From Candidatus Hadarchaeales archaeon (GTDB lineage Archaea > Hadarchaeota > Hadarchaeia > Hadarchaeales > Hadarchaeaceae), in the NCBI GenBank assembly GCA_038823825.1, contig JAWBCC010000005.1, positions 14,691 to 46,690 of the forward strand: a DNA stretch of 32,000 nucleotides, read 5' to 3'. Each line of letters begins with the position of its first letter. Position 1 is the first letter of the stretch. The notes under the pieces are model-generated. The model was not told the DNA's origin, made no database searches, and was given only the letters and a program-made list of their open reading frames with translations. A program made the translations under genes and the position numbers. Shown piece after piece: positions 17,478 to 26,800 of this stretch.

Positions 17478-18468
17478 GACTTTCGACTCTGATTAATAGC
17501 ATGTCCTTTTCGGATCTGTTCGAAATTCTCACGGATACTCCTGCTGGAATAGGCATCATGTCTCTGCTTCTTATGAGCTGTTTTCTTTCGCCTACCTCTA
17601 CTTCCCCGATTCCGTCAAGAACAAAATAAAGTTCTTCCTTTTCGCTCTTGCGCTCCATCGTACCCCCGCTCCGCAGAATGATTAAGGTGAGTAGAAATCC
17701 CTCGACCTGACGAGAAACACAAACCATCTTCTCAAGCCTTTCCGTTATCTCTCCCTCTCTGAATATCCTTACGTAACTCCTGTGCGAGATGTCATACCAG
17801 TCGCCGGTTATAAGGAAGCCCTTCACCTTCTCTCCGCGCTCGAGAAGATGCTGGATGAAGAAACCCGGAGCGTCTCGCTTTCCGCCAGCGCAGTATTCTT
17901 TCAAAATTGGGAGTGTGTGTCTGGGGAGAACGTACATGCCAGTCCCGACGTACTTGCTTAAGGGTGGAGAGACTTTTTCTTTGAAATCATGAATATAAAA
18001 TGTTCTCGAGTGTGGTGGATACTTTTCGCAGCCGTCAAAACGAACGGTCGCCATCTCCTCCGGACGTAAATCTGGATTTTCTCCTGCGTAATATATTCCG
18101 ACGAGAGTCTCGCCGGTGAAACTCGACACGAATTCTCTCAGATCGGAAGAAAAATAGTTGTCCGCACAGAGAACTATGACGTCATCGTCTATTCCGAGCT
18201 CTGAGATAGCATTCGCCAGACCGGAAAGAGCTCCAGGTTTTTCCTCCTCTCTTGTGGCTTTTTCAACAACCACCCTCGGAAACTCCGTGAAAAAATGTTC
18301 AAATCTTTTGTTGACGGTGATTATGGGCTCTATCCCAATCGCTCTGAGTTTATCGACCAGATGACTTATCAACGTGTCCCCCTCGACGACGAGCAGGGGT
18401 TTTGGAAAAATATCTCCAAGAGGGCCCAGACGTCTGGCGAATCCGCCAGCTAGGATTATTGCTTCCAT
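17461..18468 (-). CDS. nucleotidyltransferase (NTP_transferase fold) with C-terminal cupin-like domain
   Basis: MEAIILAGGFARRLGP (G-x-G-x-R-L) N-terminus. The C-terminal ~100 aa (EELYFVLDGIGEVEV...IPAGVSVRISN) looks like a cupin barrel. Same architecture as ORF 8875-9882. Confidence 0.6.
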   Translation of the reverse strand: MEAIILAGGFARRLGPLGDIFPKPLLVVEGDTLISHLVDKLRAIGIEPIITVNKRFEHFFTEFPRVVVEKATREEEKPGALSGLANAISELGIDDDVIVLCADNYFSSDLREFVSSFTGETLVGIYYAGENPDLRPEEMATVRFDGCEKYPPHSRTFYIHDFKEKVSPPLSKYVGTGMYVLPRHTLPILKEYCAGGKRDAPGFFIQHLLERGEKVKGFLITGDWYDISHRSYVRIFREGEITERLEKMVCVSRQVEGFLLTLIILRSGGTMERKSEKEELYFVLDGIGEVEVGERKQLIRSRDMMPIPAGVSVRISNRSEKDMLLIRVESLSESR

Positions 18469-18544
18469 CTTTCCATATTTCTACGAAAGGTTTTATTTGC
18501 TTAACTTATAAACGTCCGAACAGCAACTTTTGGCTGGAGTCTAC

Positions 18545-19894
18545 ATGGTTCTGGAAAAACTCGGAAAGTCTCTCCAAGCAGCACTACAGAAGCTGTCTAG
18601 GAGCACATATGTGGATGAAAAGGCTGTTAAAGAGCTTGTAAAAGACATACAAAGGGCGCTTCTTCAGGCTGATGTTGACGTGAAGCTCGTTTTGGAGCTG
18701 ACGAAAAAAATCGAGAAGAGAGCGCTGGAGGAGAAGATACCGCCTGGACTCAACAGAAGAGCTCATGTTGTGAAAATCGTTTTTGAGGAACTGTCGGAAT
18801 TTCTCGGAAAGCCATCAAAATTCGAGCTGGAGCCCGGAAAGACAAAAATCGTGATGATGGTTGGACTCCAGGGTAGTGGTAAAACTACAACGGTTGCAAA
18901 GCTTGCCACCTACTTCAAAAAGAAGGGATATAGAGTTGGGGTTGTTTGCGCAGATACGTTCAGACCGGGGGCTCTGGAGCAGCTACTCCAGCTGTCCGAG
19001 AAAGGCGGATTTGAGGTCTTTGGTGACCCAGCGGAGAAGGATTCCGTGAAAATCGCAAGAAATGGAGTTGAACATTTCAAAAAGTCGGGTTGTGATTTGA
19101 TCTTAGTTGACACGGCTGGGAGACACAAGAAAGAAAGTGAACTGATGGAGGAGATGAAAAGACTGGCGGAGGAGATAAAGCCTGACGAAGTTATGCTCGT
19201 GATAGACGGAACGATCGGCCAGCAGGCGAGGGCACAGGCAGAAGCATTTAACGCTGCAACCTCGATCGGCTCCATCTTCATTACAAAGCTTGACGGGACG
19301 GCAAAAGGTGGTGGCGCGTTATCGGCAGTCGCGGCGACCGGGGCAACGATAAAGTTCATCGGGACTGGAGAGCACTTGGACGAAATCGAGCCTTACGAGC
19401 CCTCAAAGTTTTTGGCTAGACTTCTAGGAATGGGAGATCTGGAGACGTTGCTCAAGCGTATAGAGGAAATCGTTGAAAAAGAGAAGATAAAGTTTCCTGA
19501 AAAGAAAGAGCTGGCGGCCGGCAAGCTCACGCTACGAGATGTCTATCAACAGCTTGAAGCGTTGGAGAAAACCGGTCCGCTAAGGAAAGTCATGCAGATG
19601 CTTCCGGGGTTTGGGTCCTCGATACCGGAGGAGCAGTTTAGAGTTGGAGAAGAAAAACTCAAGAAATTCAAGGTTATCATGCAGTCGATGACGAGGGAGG
19701 AACTGGAAAACCCGAGAATCATAAATGCTTCGAGGATAAGGAGAATTGCACGTGGGTCTGGGACATCTGAAGCAGATGTCAAGGAACTTTTAAAGCAGTA
19801 TGAGATGATGCAGAAGATGCTCAAGACCTTTGCGAAAGGCAGAATTCCGAAAACCGGACCATGGGCAAAACTTTTGAAGAATCTTGAGGGTTAA
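18545..19894 (+). CDS. srp54: signal recognition particle protein SRP54
   Basis: MVLEKLGKSLQ..., GLQGSGKTTT, DTAGRH, TKLDG..KGGGALS and a Met-rich M domain. Start taken at ATG 18545 (track begins at TTG 18530). Confidence 0.95.
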   Translation: MVLEKLGKSLQAALQKLSRSTYVDEKAVKELVKDIQRALLQADVDVKLVLELTKKIEKRALEEKIPPGLNRRAHVVKIVFEELSEFLGKPSKFELEPGKTKIVMMVGLQGSGKTTTVAKLATYFKKKGYRVGVVCADTFRPGALEQLLQLSEKGGFEVFGDPAEKDSVKIARNGVEHFKKSGCDLILVDTAGRHKKESELMEEMKRLAEEIKPDEVMLVIDGTIGQQARAQAEAFNAATSIGSIFITKLDGTAKGGGALSAVAATGATIKFIGTGEHLDEIEPYEPSKFLARLLGMGDLETLLKRIEEIVEKEKIKFPEKKELAAGKLTLRDVYQQLEALEKTGPLRKVMQMLPGFGSSIPEEQFRVGEEKLKKFKVIMQSMTREELENPRIINASRIRRIARGSGTSEADVKELLKQYEMMQKMLKTFAKGRIPKTGPWAKLLKNLEG

Positions 19895-19931
19895 ATAAGA
19901 CCGCACGATAGGATAAAAGGGAGGATTTGAG

Positions 19932-20225
19932 ATGCCACGCAGATCAAGGGGTTTGAGAAGCAAAGGGAGGGGCATATTCACGAAGAAGCCCAGAATGCGG
20001 GGGAAGTTTTCTGTGGTAGAAGCCACTCGCGAGCTCCCGCTCGGATGCAAAGTAAGCATTCTGATAAATCCTACCATTGTGAAGGGACAACCGCACCACC
20101 GCTACCACGGTAGGGTGGGTATAATAAGAGAAAAGAGAGGAAGAGCATATATAGTGGAAGTGAGGGATGGGGGGAAGATAAAGAAATTAGTCGTGGGGCG
20201 CGAACATCTGAGGATGGTGGCGTGA
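19932..20225 (+). CDS. rpl21e: 50S ribosomal protein L21e
   Basis: 97 aa. MPRRSRGLRSKGR...HHRYHGRVG...VEV is typical L21e. GGGAGGAT lies upstream. Confidence 0.9.
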   Translation: MPRRSRGLRSKGRGIFTKKPRMRGKFSVVEATRELPLGCKVSILINPTIVKGQPHHRYHGRVGIIREKRGRAYIVEVRDGGKIKKLVVGREHLRMVA

Positions 20226-20557
20226 TGATCGGGAAGAGGATAATTAGGGAGACTCCTATAACCATTGCGGAGGCTTTGGAGATTTTGGAGGGTGAGGGAG
20301 ACCGGCTCGAGGCCTCCCAGAGGATGGCCCGTGACTATGCGCAGAAGTTTGCAAAAATAGATGGGAAAACGGCCCGACAGATAAAAGAGGAGCTTTTGAA
20401 GCTGGGTAAACTTTCCGAACGCCAGATCGTGATGCTCATCAATTTGATGCCAAAGCGAAAAGAGGAAATCGAACTTCTCTTCGCAAAAGAGCGGGTCAGG
20501 CTGGAAGACCAGGACTACGAGACAATTCTTCAAACACTAAGGAGATTTTCTGAGTAA
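20225..20557 (+). CDS. rpoF: DNA-directed RNA polymerase subunit F (Rpo4)
   Basis: ~110 aa. Matches the RpoF pattern (ITIAEALEILE...ARDYAQKFAK...QIVMLINLMP) and the conserved L21e-RpoF-DUF655 gene order. ATG overlaps the L21e stop (TGATG). Confidence 0.85.
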   Translation: MIGKRIIRETPITIAEALEILEGEGDRLEASQRMARDYAQKFAKIDGKTARQIKEELLKLGKLSERQIVMLINLMPKRKEEIELLFAKERVRLEDQDYETILQTLRRFSE

Positions 20558-20583
20558 GCGGTAGCAAAAGAGGGTGATACCTT

Positions 20584-21174
20584 ATGATTGACAAAAAATA
20601 TGAGGATAGAGGGATAGTGCTGGATTTCCTTCCACATGGTAGCCCGAAAGACCCAAGGCCTGTGCACCTGAGGGAGCCGATTGCGCAGATAATCGGTGAC
20701 ACATTTTTTACCCTGCTGGAGGTGGTTCCGTTCAAGGGCGTAACTCTTCAGCTGCAAGAGGTCGTAAACATTGGAAAAGAAGGCAGAGACAAAATCGAGA
20801 GAATAAAAAGAAGAATAGGTTATGAAGATTTGACTTCGGTTGCGAGGGGAGAACTTCCGACGGCGATAAGGAAGATAGTCACGAAAAATCCACAGCGGTT
20901 TCTAGATTTCTTCAACAAAGCTGGACCTATAACTTCCAGATTTCACGCTCTGGAACTCATTCCCGGAATAGGCAAGAAGTTGATGTGGACGATTCTCCAG
21001 GAAAGGGAGAAACAACCTTTTCAGAGTTTTGAGGATCTCGAGAATAGGATTAAAGGAATACAAAATCCCATAGAGATGATAGTTAAAAGGGTAGAGCTGG
21101 AGCTGCAAGGTGGCGAAAAGTATCTTCTTTTTGTGAGAGGATCCCCTAAAAGGGAGACTTCCTCTTTTGCCTAG
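20584..21174 (+). CDS. DUF655 / COG1491 putative RNA-binding protein
   Basis: 196 aa. IVLDFLPHG...PIAQIIG...FTLLE and the C-terminal helix-hairpin-helix region LELIPGIGKK. Conserved position after rpoF. Confidence 0.75.
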   Translation: MIDKKYEDRGIVLDFLPHGSPKDPRPVHLREPIAQIIGDTFFTLLEVVPFKGVTLQLQEVVNIGKEGRDKIERIKRRIGYEDLTSVARGELPTAIRKIVTKNPQRFLDFFNKAGPITSRFHALELIPGIGKKLMWTILQEREKQPFQSFEDLENRIKGIQNPIEMIVKRVELELQGGEKYLLFVRGSPKRETSSFA

Positions 21175-22567
21175 CCAAAGAAATCATATAGCTGAAAAGT
21201 GCGAAAACTGGCAAAATCTCGAGCCTTCCAACCAACATCTGAATTGTGAGGGAAATTTTGCCAGCGATATGCATGCTTGCCGAGGTTATTCCGACCGAGA
21301 GCCCAACATTTCCTTGAGCTGACGCGGACTCAAAGATCGAATCCAGCGGGGGATTGCCAAGATACATTAGAACTCCGGCTCCTATGAACATCACTAAAAT
21401 GTAGATGAAAATGTAGATCAGAATCTCCATTATTTCCTTCTCGGTGTATGTGTATCCTGCCAGCTTGACGGGAACTACTGCTCTATCGGGCAGAAAACTC
21501 TTCTTGAGCATCCACTGAAGCGTTTTCCCTAAAAGGATGATCCTCATGAGTTTTATCGCACTGGAGGTCGAGCCGTAGCTACCGCCGATCATCATCAAGA
21601 TTATTAGGAGAACTTTGGCTCCTTCGCCCCATTCTCGGATGTTTGCCGTGGAGAAGCCGGTGCCAGTCAGGGCTGAGGTGGTCTGAAAAAGGGAGTCAGT
21701 CCATCCGACGGCTTTTGCGAGAAGAAGAGTGGAAACCGCGATTATTATCAGCATGGACCTTGCCTCTATGTTCCCGAAGAATTCCCGGATATCCAAGCGT
21801 TTTCTGAAAACCCTATCATGGACGGTAAAGTTTGTTGCTCCCCATATCATAACGATTAGGATGACTAGTTTGACTGACAATCCATAAGCCGCGAAAGAGT
21901 TGTTCTTCACGGAAAATCCTCCAGTAGCGATTGCTGTCATCGCATGATTGACGGCTTCGAAAAGTGAAGAGTTCGGCCAAGAGGCAAAGTAAAATAGAAT
22001 TACTCCCAAAACTGTGAGAATCGTATAAATCTTCCAGAGGGCTCTCGCGGTTTCCCTTATGTTGGGCATTATCAGAACAGGGTGAGCCTCGGCGAGATAT
22101 ATCTTTCTGTGAGCTCGACCGAAACCTAAGGCCGCTGTGAGGAAGAGAACCATCACCCCCAGACCGCCAACCCATTGAGTTAAGCTCCTCCACAGAAGTA
22201 ATGTTCGCTCTATGTTTTCCACATCCTTTATCATTGTGAGACCTGTTGCGGTAAGGCCCGACATGCTCTCAAAGTATGCGTCGACAGGAGACATGCGAAG
22301 TGTTGTGATGAACGGAATTGAAGCGAAAAACGAAAACACAATCCAGACTATTGCTGTCAAAACCATTGTTTCTCCGAGGGTCATCTCTTCTTCAGGCTTC
22401 GATTTCCTCTTTATCAAAAATCCGAGGAAAAAACAAGAAAGAGATGTTAAAATGAATGAAGGCATAACCCAGAATTCGTTGAGAAATGGAGCAACGAATG
22501 CTGGAGCAAGCATCACAACGGCGATAATCCACATAATTTGGCCTAAAAAGTATATCATGACATTCAC
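21146..22567 (-). CDS. trkH: TrkH/KtrB-family potassium transporter
   Basis: 473 aa polytopic with four selectivity-filter-like repeats (TATGLT, TGGFS, TGTGFS, QGNVGLS). GTG 22567 or ATG 22558 as start. Confidence 0.85.
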   Translation of the reverse strand: MNVMIYFLGQIMWIIAVVMLAPAFVAPFLNEFWVMPSFILTSLSCFFLGFLIKRKSKPEEEMTLGETMVLTAIVWIVFSFFASIPFITTLRMSPVDAYFESMSGLTATGLTMIKDVENIERTLLLWRSLTQWVGGLGVMVLFLTAALGFGRAHRKIYLAEAHPVLIMPNIRETARALWKIYTILTVLGVILFYFASWPNSSLFEAVNHAMTAIATGGFSVKNNSFAAYGLSVKLVILIVMIWGATNFTVHDRVFRKRLDIREFFGNIEARSMLIIIAVSTLLLAKAVGWTDSLFQTTSALTGTGFSTANIREWGEGAKVLLIILMMIGGSYGSTSSAIKLMRIILLGKTLQWMLKKSFLPDRAVVPVKLAGYTYTEKEIMEILIYIFIYILVMFIGAGVLMYLGNPPLDSIFESASAQGNVGLSVGITSASMHIAGKISLTIQMLVGRLEILPVFALFSYMISLARQKRKSPF

Positions 22568-22620
22568 CGAGCCAAATTATAGTTTATGCGTCATTTTTTA
22601 AAGACTGGTGACTAGAATTT

Positions 22621-23220
22621 TTGGTGAAAGAAATGGAGGATACTTTAAAAGCAATAAACGAAATCACAACCTTTCTTCAACAGTTGCCTTCGAAGCTAAA
22701 GAAAAAAGAGGTCGATGCTTTTGTCGAGGTGCTCATTGGGGCTAGAAGGGTTTTCGTTGCGGGAGCTGGGCGCTCCGGACTCGTAGCCAAAGCATTTGCT
22801 ACGAGATTGATGCACTTGGATCTGGATGTCTACGTGGTTGGGGAAACGATTACTCCGGCGATAAGGCCTGGGGACATCTTGATCGCCATATCTGGTTCTG
22901 GTGAAACCGATCTGATCATAGAATCGGCAAAAATTGCGAAAAGAATAGGGGCGAAGATAATCGCTATAACATCCTATCCGAACTCAAGTTTAGCCAAGAC
23001 TGCTGACCTCGTCGTGACGGTTCCTGGGAGAACGAAGGTTGCAAAGACGACAAGGTTTATGAGAAGGGAGCTGGCTGGAGAGCATGCATCACTTGCGCCG
23101 CTCGGCACTCTCTTTGAAATCGGAACCATGGTTTTCTTAGATTCGATCATTGCGACGTTGATGAAGCGGCTGGGGAAGAAGGAAGAGGATCTAAAAGCAA
23201 AACATGCGACGATAGAGTGA
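22621..23220 (+). CDS. SIS-domain sugar-phosphate isomerase, 6-phospho-3-hexuloisomerase-like
   Basis: VFVAGAGRSGLVAKAFATRLMHL...ILIAISGSGET...KIIAITS is a PHI-type SIS domain. Start TTG 22621, GTG 22624 or ATG 22633. Confidence 0.7.
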   Translation: MVKEMEDTLKAINEITTFLQQLPSKLKKKEVDAFVEVLIGARRVFVAGAGRSGLVAKAFATRLMHLDLDVYVVGETITPAIRPGDILIAISGSGETDLIIESAKIAKRIGAKIIAITSYPNSSLAKTADLVVTVPGRTKVAKTTRFMRRELAGEHASLAPLGTLFEIGTMVFLDSIIATLMKRLGKKEEDLKAKHATIE

Positions 23221-23221
23221 A

Positions 23222-23593
23222 TCAAGAAGAAATAATTCGGCGAATCAAAGAAAGCCAGGCGGAGAAGTAGCCCTTCTCTCGCTCGGATATGAATGGTTTT
23301 GATATGTGCTCTTCCAGGTCTTTCTCGAGTCTTTTAAGGAATTCTAAATCTGGCTTGTTTTCCAGAAGTTTCCAAACTGCGGAAAAAGTTTGATTTCCTT
23401 CTATGGCTGCGAGCATTCCTTCAAGAGCATGTAGTATTCCCCTTTCAAACTCGCTGTTAACCTTGGCCAATTTTTCTTCTAGGACAGCACGAGCTTGCTT
23501 CAAATCTCTCTTCTTCAGTGTGGAGAGAAAGATACCTATGTCTGTGTCATCCATCAAGCCTGAATATGTTGTGTGTCGAGCTTCTTCTGTCAT
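23222..23593 (-). CDS. hypothetical protein (helical, no family recognised)
   Basis: 123 aa ORF whose ATG overlaps the stop of the upstream UPF0147 gene by 4 nt (ATGA), suggesting co-translation. No motif recognised. Confidence 0.5.
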   Translation of the reverse strand: MTEEARHTTYSGLMDDTDIGIFLSTLKKRDLKQARAVLEEKLAKVNSEFERGILHALEGMLAAIEGNQTFSAVWKLLENKPDLEFLKRLEKDLEEHISKPFISEREKGYFSAWLSLIRRIISS

Positions 23594-23844
23594 CTTATAG
23601 TCTCCAGTATGCTGAGAGCACTCCAGAGTTGAGTCCTCGCGTGTACCGGCATGTTTGGATCTTCGCTTATTTCCTCGAGGAGGATTCTTGCTGAGGCGGC
23701 CCGAACGGTTTGATCCTGTTTTTCATCGAGAAGGATGTTCTTGGCCTCATTTGCCGTTCTTCTTATATTGCGGGGTACGCTCATGTCTTCGCTTATTCTC
23801 GTCATTATTTCAACAACCTGCTTTATTTTATCCTCGAACGTCAT
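23590..23844 (-). CDS. UPF0147-family protein
   Basis: 84 aa. VPRNIRRTANEAKNIL...VRAASA...LEEISEDPNMPVHARTQLW matches the UPF0147 archaeal family pattern. Confidence 0.7.
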   Translation of the reverse strand: MTFEDKIKQVVEIMTRISEDMSVPRNIRRTANEAKNILLDEKQDQTVRAASARILLEEISEDPNMPVHARTQLWSALSILETIR

Positions 23845-23898
23845 GGTTTATCACCTGCTAGTAGACTTTTAGGTTTGCTGCTCATAAGGATTTTTCGG

Positions 23899-24222
23899 AT
23901 GAAGGATATAAAGGAAGAGCAAGTCACAAAGATTGCCGAATTTCTCCTGGCCGGAGGAAAGATGTTGGGAATACACTGCGGAAAATGTGGAAGCCCTCTT
24001 TTCGAGAAAGAGAGTAAAATCGTTTGCCCGCTCTGTGGGGAGATAGCCGGACGGAAGGAAGAGACTGCGCCAAAGGCGATGGAAAAGGTCAAGAATGTTT
24101 TGGAGAAGAAACTTGTAGAGTTGGCGGAAGAACTGGAAAAGGAGAGCGATCGGGAAAAGATTATGGGAATTCTCGATAGAATAAAATCCATCCTTGAGAC
24201 CTTAGAGCGTCTCGGGAGATAG
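23899..24222 (+). CDS. UPF0148 / autoantigen-p27-like zinc-ribbon protein
   Basis: LLAGGKMLGIHCGKCGSPLFEKESKIVCPLCG is the UPF0148 motif. Start moved to ATG 23899, because the tracked N-terminal extension runs antisense through the UPF0147 gene. Confidence 0.7.
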   Translation: MKDIKEEQVTKIAEFLLAGGKMLGIHCGKCGSPLFEKESKIVCPLCGEIAGRKEETAPKAMEKVKNVLEKKLVELAEELEKESDREKIMGILDRIKSILETLERLGR

Positions 24223-24226
24223 AGAA

Positions 24227-24814
24227 ATGCTGGAGTTTCTAAGGATTATCGCCGGCGGTGTTATCATAGGTGTGATAACAGGAAGAATTTTAGCCGAAAA
24301 TCCCACGCACGTAAACAGACTTAGACCGAGCGTTTGGAAGAAAAAATTACAGCAGATGAGCAAAAAGAAACTGGTTGGACTACTCGGTTGGTCTGCTCTA
24401 ACTGTTTTCCTGTGTTTTATCGTTACGGGAATCGTTGGAGGACTACTTGAAAACGCAAACATAAGAGTGGTTAGACCGGAGGCAGATTTGACGAGAAGGA
24501 TTGCTGAAGTTTCAAAGATCATGTTTTTACTTTTTGCGATTCTCTTTCCGATTTTGGAGGAATGGGTCTTTAGAGGGATCTTCATCGATGAGCTGCTGAG
24601 GCTAGGAGTATCGAAGTTTGAAGCCGTCTTCGTTCCAGCTCTCACCTTCGCAACCTTCCACCTTTCGAACCCCGGAACGGAACCTGCGATAATTCTACTT
24701 CTGCTTCCGGCCGGTCTGCTGCTTGGAGTATGTTATCTAAAGGCCGGTCTTTCCGGGAGCATAATCGCACACTCTTCCTACAATTTTCTCATCTTTGTGC
24801 TGAATTATTTGTAG
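24227..24814 (+). CDS. CPBP-family intramembrane glutamic endopeptidase (CAAX protease/Abi)
   Basis: LEEWVFRG (EExxxR), FATFHL and IIAHSSYNF are CPBP motifs 1-3, in a polytopic protein. Confidence 0.8.
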   Translation: MLEFLRIIAGGVIIGVITGRILAENPTHVNRLRPSVWKKKLQQMSKKKLVGLLGWSALTVFLCFIVTGIVGGLLENANIRVVRPEADLTRRIAEVSKIMFLLFAILFPILEEWVFRGIFIDELLRLGVSKFEAVFVPALTFATFHLSNPGTEPAIILLLLPAGLLLGVCYLKAGLSGSIIAHSSYNFLIFVLNYL

Positions 24815-24862
24815 AAGCATAACTCGCTTAATTTTGCTCCAAAAAATTAAATGAGGGAAATA

Positions 24863-25657
24863 ATGAGACATGCTTTTCTTGTCGCGTATGAGGGGAGTAA
24901 CTACTACGGGTTCGTTAGGCAGCCAGGAGGAGTGCCGACTGTCGAGAGTGTTTTGCTGGGAGCGCTGAAGGATTGCGGGATCTTCACGAATCTCAAGGAG
25001 AGCAGATATCAAATAGCGGCTAGAACGGACAGGGGTGTTGGGGCGCTTGCACAAGTTTTAGCGATGAACACCCTCAAGACCCCCGAAGTGGAGGAGATCA
25101 ATTCAAGGCTTCCGGAGGATGTTGTAGTGCTCGGCGTTGGTGTTGCGGATAAGGATTTCAACCCGAGAAGAGATGTCGTCGCGAAACATTACAAATACGT
25201 GTGCGAAGTACCGGAAAACTTCAACGTGGAGATTGCGAAGGAGGCTGCCTCGATGCTTGTCGGTAAACACGATTTCAGATTTTTCTGCGCAAGGGAAAAG
25301 GGGAAGACGACAGAAGGGAAAATCCTGCTCGCGAGAGTTGATGTGGGAAAGCATCTCACGTTCGATTTCGTTGCGCCGGCCTTTCTCAGGCAGCAGGTCA
25401 GGAGAATGGTTCAGGCTTTGCTTGAGGTCGGAATCGGAGTGATCGACCTGGAATATTTTTCAGATGCTTTAAACGGAAAGGTTACCAGGTCTTTCAGGCC
25501 TGCTCCGCCAGAAGGGCTTTTTCTGGCAAACATCACCTATCGTAGACTTCTTATCCCGAGGGATGAGAAAGCGGTCGAGAGGTTTGTCTCATTTCTGCGT
25601 AAGAAAGGAGATCTCCGAGCACGCGCAATGATCGAAGTTCTTTCAGGACTCACCTAA
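24863..25657 (+). CDS. truA: tRNA pseudouridine(38-40) synthase TruA
   Basis: MRHAFLVAYEGSNYYGFVRQPG and IAARTDRGVGALAQV (catalytic Asp). GAGGGA lies 5 nt upstream of ATG 24863; ATG 24851 is an alternative start. Confidence 0.85.
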   Translation: MRHAFLVAYEGSNYYGFVRQPGGVPTVESVLLGALKDCGIFTNLKESRYQIAARTDRGVGALAQVLAMNTLKTPEVEEINSRLPEDVVVLGVGVADKDFNPRRDVVAKHYKYVCEVPENFNVEIAKEAASMLVGKHDFRFFCAREKGKTTEGKILLARVDVGKHLTFDFVAPAFLRQQVRRMVQALLEVGIGVIDLEYFSDALNGKVTRSFRPAPPEGLFLANITYRRLLIPRDEKAVERFVSFLRKKGDLRARAMIEVLSGLT

Positions 25658-26213
25658 TTTCTATTCTCTCTCCCTTCTCCTCCTCTTTCAGCCGCTTTAG
25701 GGTTACCTCGAGTATCCCGTCGGAGTATGTCGCATCAGCGCTCTTCGGATCGACCTTTGCCGGAAGGTCTATTTCCTTGTAGTATTTTCTTTCAGGCTTG
25801 TCGACCGAAATCGTTAGTTTGCTCTCTGTTGCGTAAAGTTCTATGTCTTCTCTCTTTACTCCGGGAAGTTCTGCCGTTACTTTAACGAACTTTGGTGTGG
25901 TTACGACATCGACGATGGGCTCTCTCACTTCGCTGGGCGCGAGGAAAGGACCTTCCGGTTTAACATTTCCGAATGTCCGGATCTTTGGCACGCCGTCTGG
26001 GCCGATCGTCATCGAATATCCATAGACGATGGGTCCGAAGGTTCTGATTCTCGTGCCGTCCGGGAGCTCCTTTTCTCTGAAGAGTTCCTTTGGTGCTCTC
26101 GCTGAAATTTCTTTGAAAATGTTCTCGAACATCCTATCCATCTCCCTCATGAAACGTCTGAAGTATCTCGGCCAAGGCCATTCATCGTCTTCCCAGAATT
26201 CCACATTTCTCAC
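25650..26213 (-). CDS. hsp20: Hsp20/alpha-crystallin small heat-shock protein
   Basis: 187 aa. The C-terminal domain VDVVTTPKFVKVTAELPGVKREDIELY...YSDGILEVTLKRL is an alpha-crystallin fold signature. GTG start. Confidence 0.9.
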   Translation of the reverse strand: MRNVEFWEDDEWPWPRYFRRFMREMDRMFENIFKEISARAPKELFREKELPDGTRIRTFGPIVYGYSMTIGPDGVPKIRTFGNVKPEGPFLAPSEVREPIVDVVTTPKFVKVTAELPGVKREDIELYATESKLTISVDKPERKYYKEIDLPAKVDPKSADATYSDGILEVTLKRLKEEEKGERIEIR

Positions 26214-26335
26214 CCGATTAGTTTTGTCGAATGGGAAGTCTATTAATCTTTTTGCGGTATTAGATTAAAGATGGCGGCCGTGGTCTAGCCTGGTCAGGAC
26301 TTGGGCCCTCCAAGCCCACGACGCGGGTTCGAATC
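26146..26335. repeat. direct repeat copy A (hsp20 5' end + intergenic region + tRNA-Gly nt 1-62)
   Basis: Hand alignment with 27828-28018: tRNA part 62/62 identical; the upstream 128 nt shows about 15 substitutions or small indels. Confidence 0.9.
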
Positions 26336-26347
26336 CCGCCGGCCGCA
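26274..26347 (+). tRNA. tRNA-Gly (anticodon UCC), intact copy
   Basis: Acceptor GCGGCCG/CGGCCGC, D arm GTCT-AGCCTGGTCA-GGAC, anticodon arm TGGGC-CCTCCAA-GCCCA, T arm GCGGG-TTCGAAT-CCCGC, discriminator A. Loop position 33 is C, not U. Confidence 0.85.
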
Positions 26348-26525
26348 CCTCTCCGATTGCTTGAATTCCTCAAAGCCGTTTCTTCTCACAATCTCTGAAA
26401 ACGGTCAGATGACAAATAAAACCAGAGATGAGAAAACCGTAAACAGCCCCCTAGTCCAGACCATAAAGGTTGATTGGGCGATTTTGGAAAACCTGTTCCT
26501 TTTCTCAAACGTTAGTGGTTGCCCA

Positions 26526-26765
26526 TCATTTGGAGCTCAGCCACTTCTTTATCTCCTCTACCTCCGGAACCCTCCCGGCCACTTTCAGCTTTCCGTCCAC
26601 CAACACAGCTGGACTATCCGTGATTCCCCTTCTCAGCATTTCCGCTGGGTCGTAGATGGGCGTTATTTCTGCTTTGATTCCCAGCTCCTTCACCGCCTTT
26701 CTGCAATTTTCCTCTGTTTTCTTACACCTTGGGCATCCAGCTCCGAAGATTTCAATTTTCATCAT
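26526..26765 (-). CDS. small thioredoxin-fold protein (redox-active disulfide protein 2 type)
   Basis: MMKIEIFGAGCPRCKK...VLVDGKLKVAGRVP is a ~79-aa thioredoxin-like protein with a CxxC motif, commonly paired with ArsP-type permeases. GGGAGGGAT lies ~10 nt upstream. The tracked longer ORF overlaps the permease. Confidence 0.75.
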   Translation of the reverse strand: MMKIEIFGAGCPRCKKTEENCRKAVKELGIKAEITPIYDPAEMLRRGITDSPAVLVDGKLKVAGRVPEVEEIKKWLSSK

Positions 26766-26800
26766 TCTTTTCTCTATCCCTCCCGGGTTAATATAAGAAT

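Noticed and set aside
26376-26403. Small hairpin CCGTTT-16 nt-AAACGG downstream of tRNA-Gly as an ncRNA or terminator
   Set aside because: The 6-bp stem with a large loop is within chance expectation, and there is no supporting conservation or adjacent oligo-T tract.
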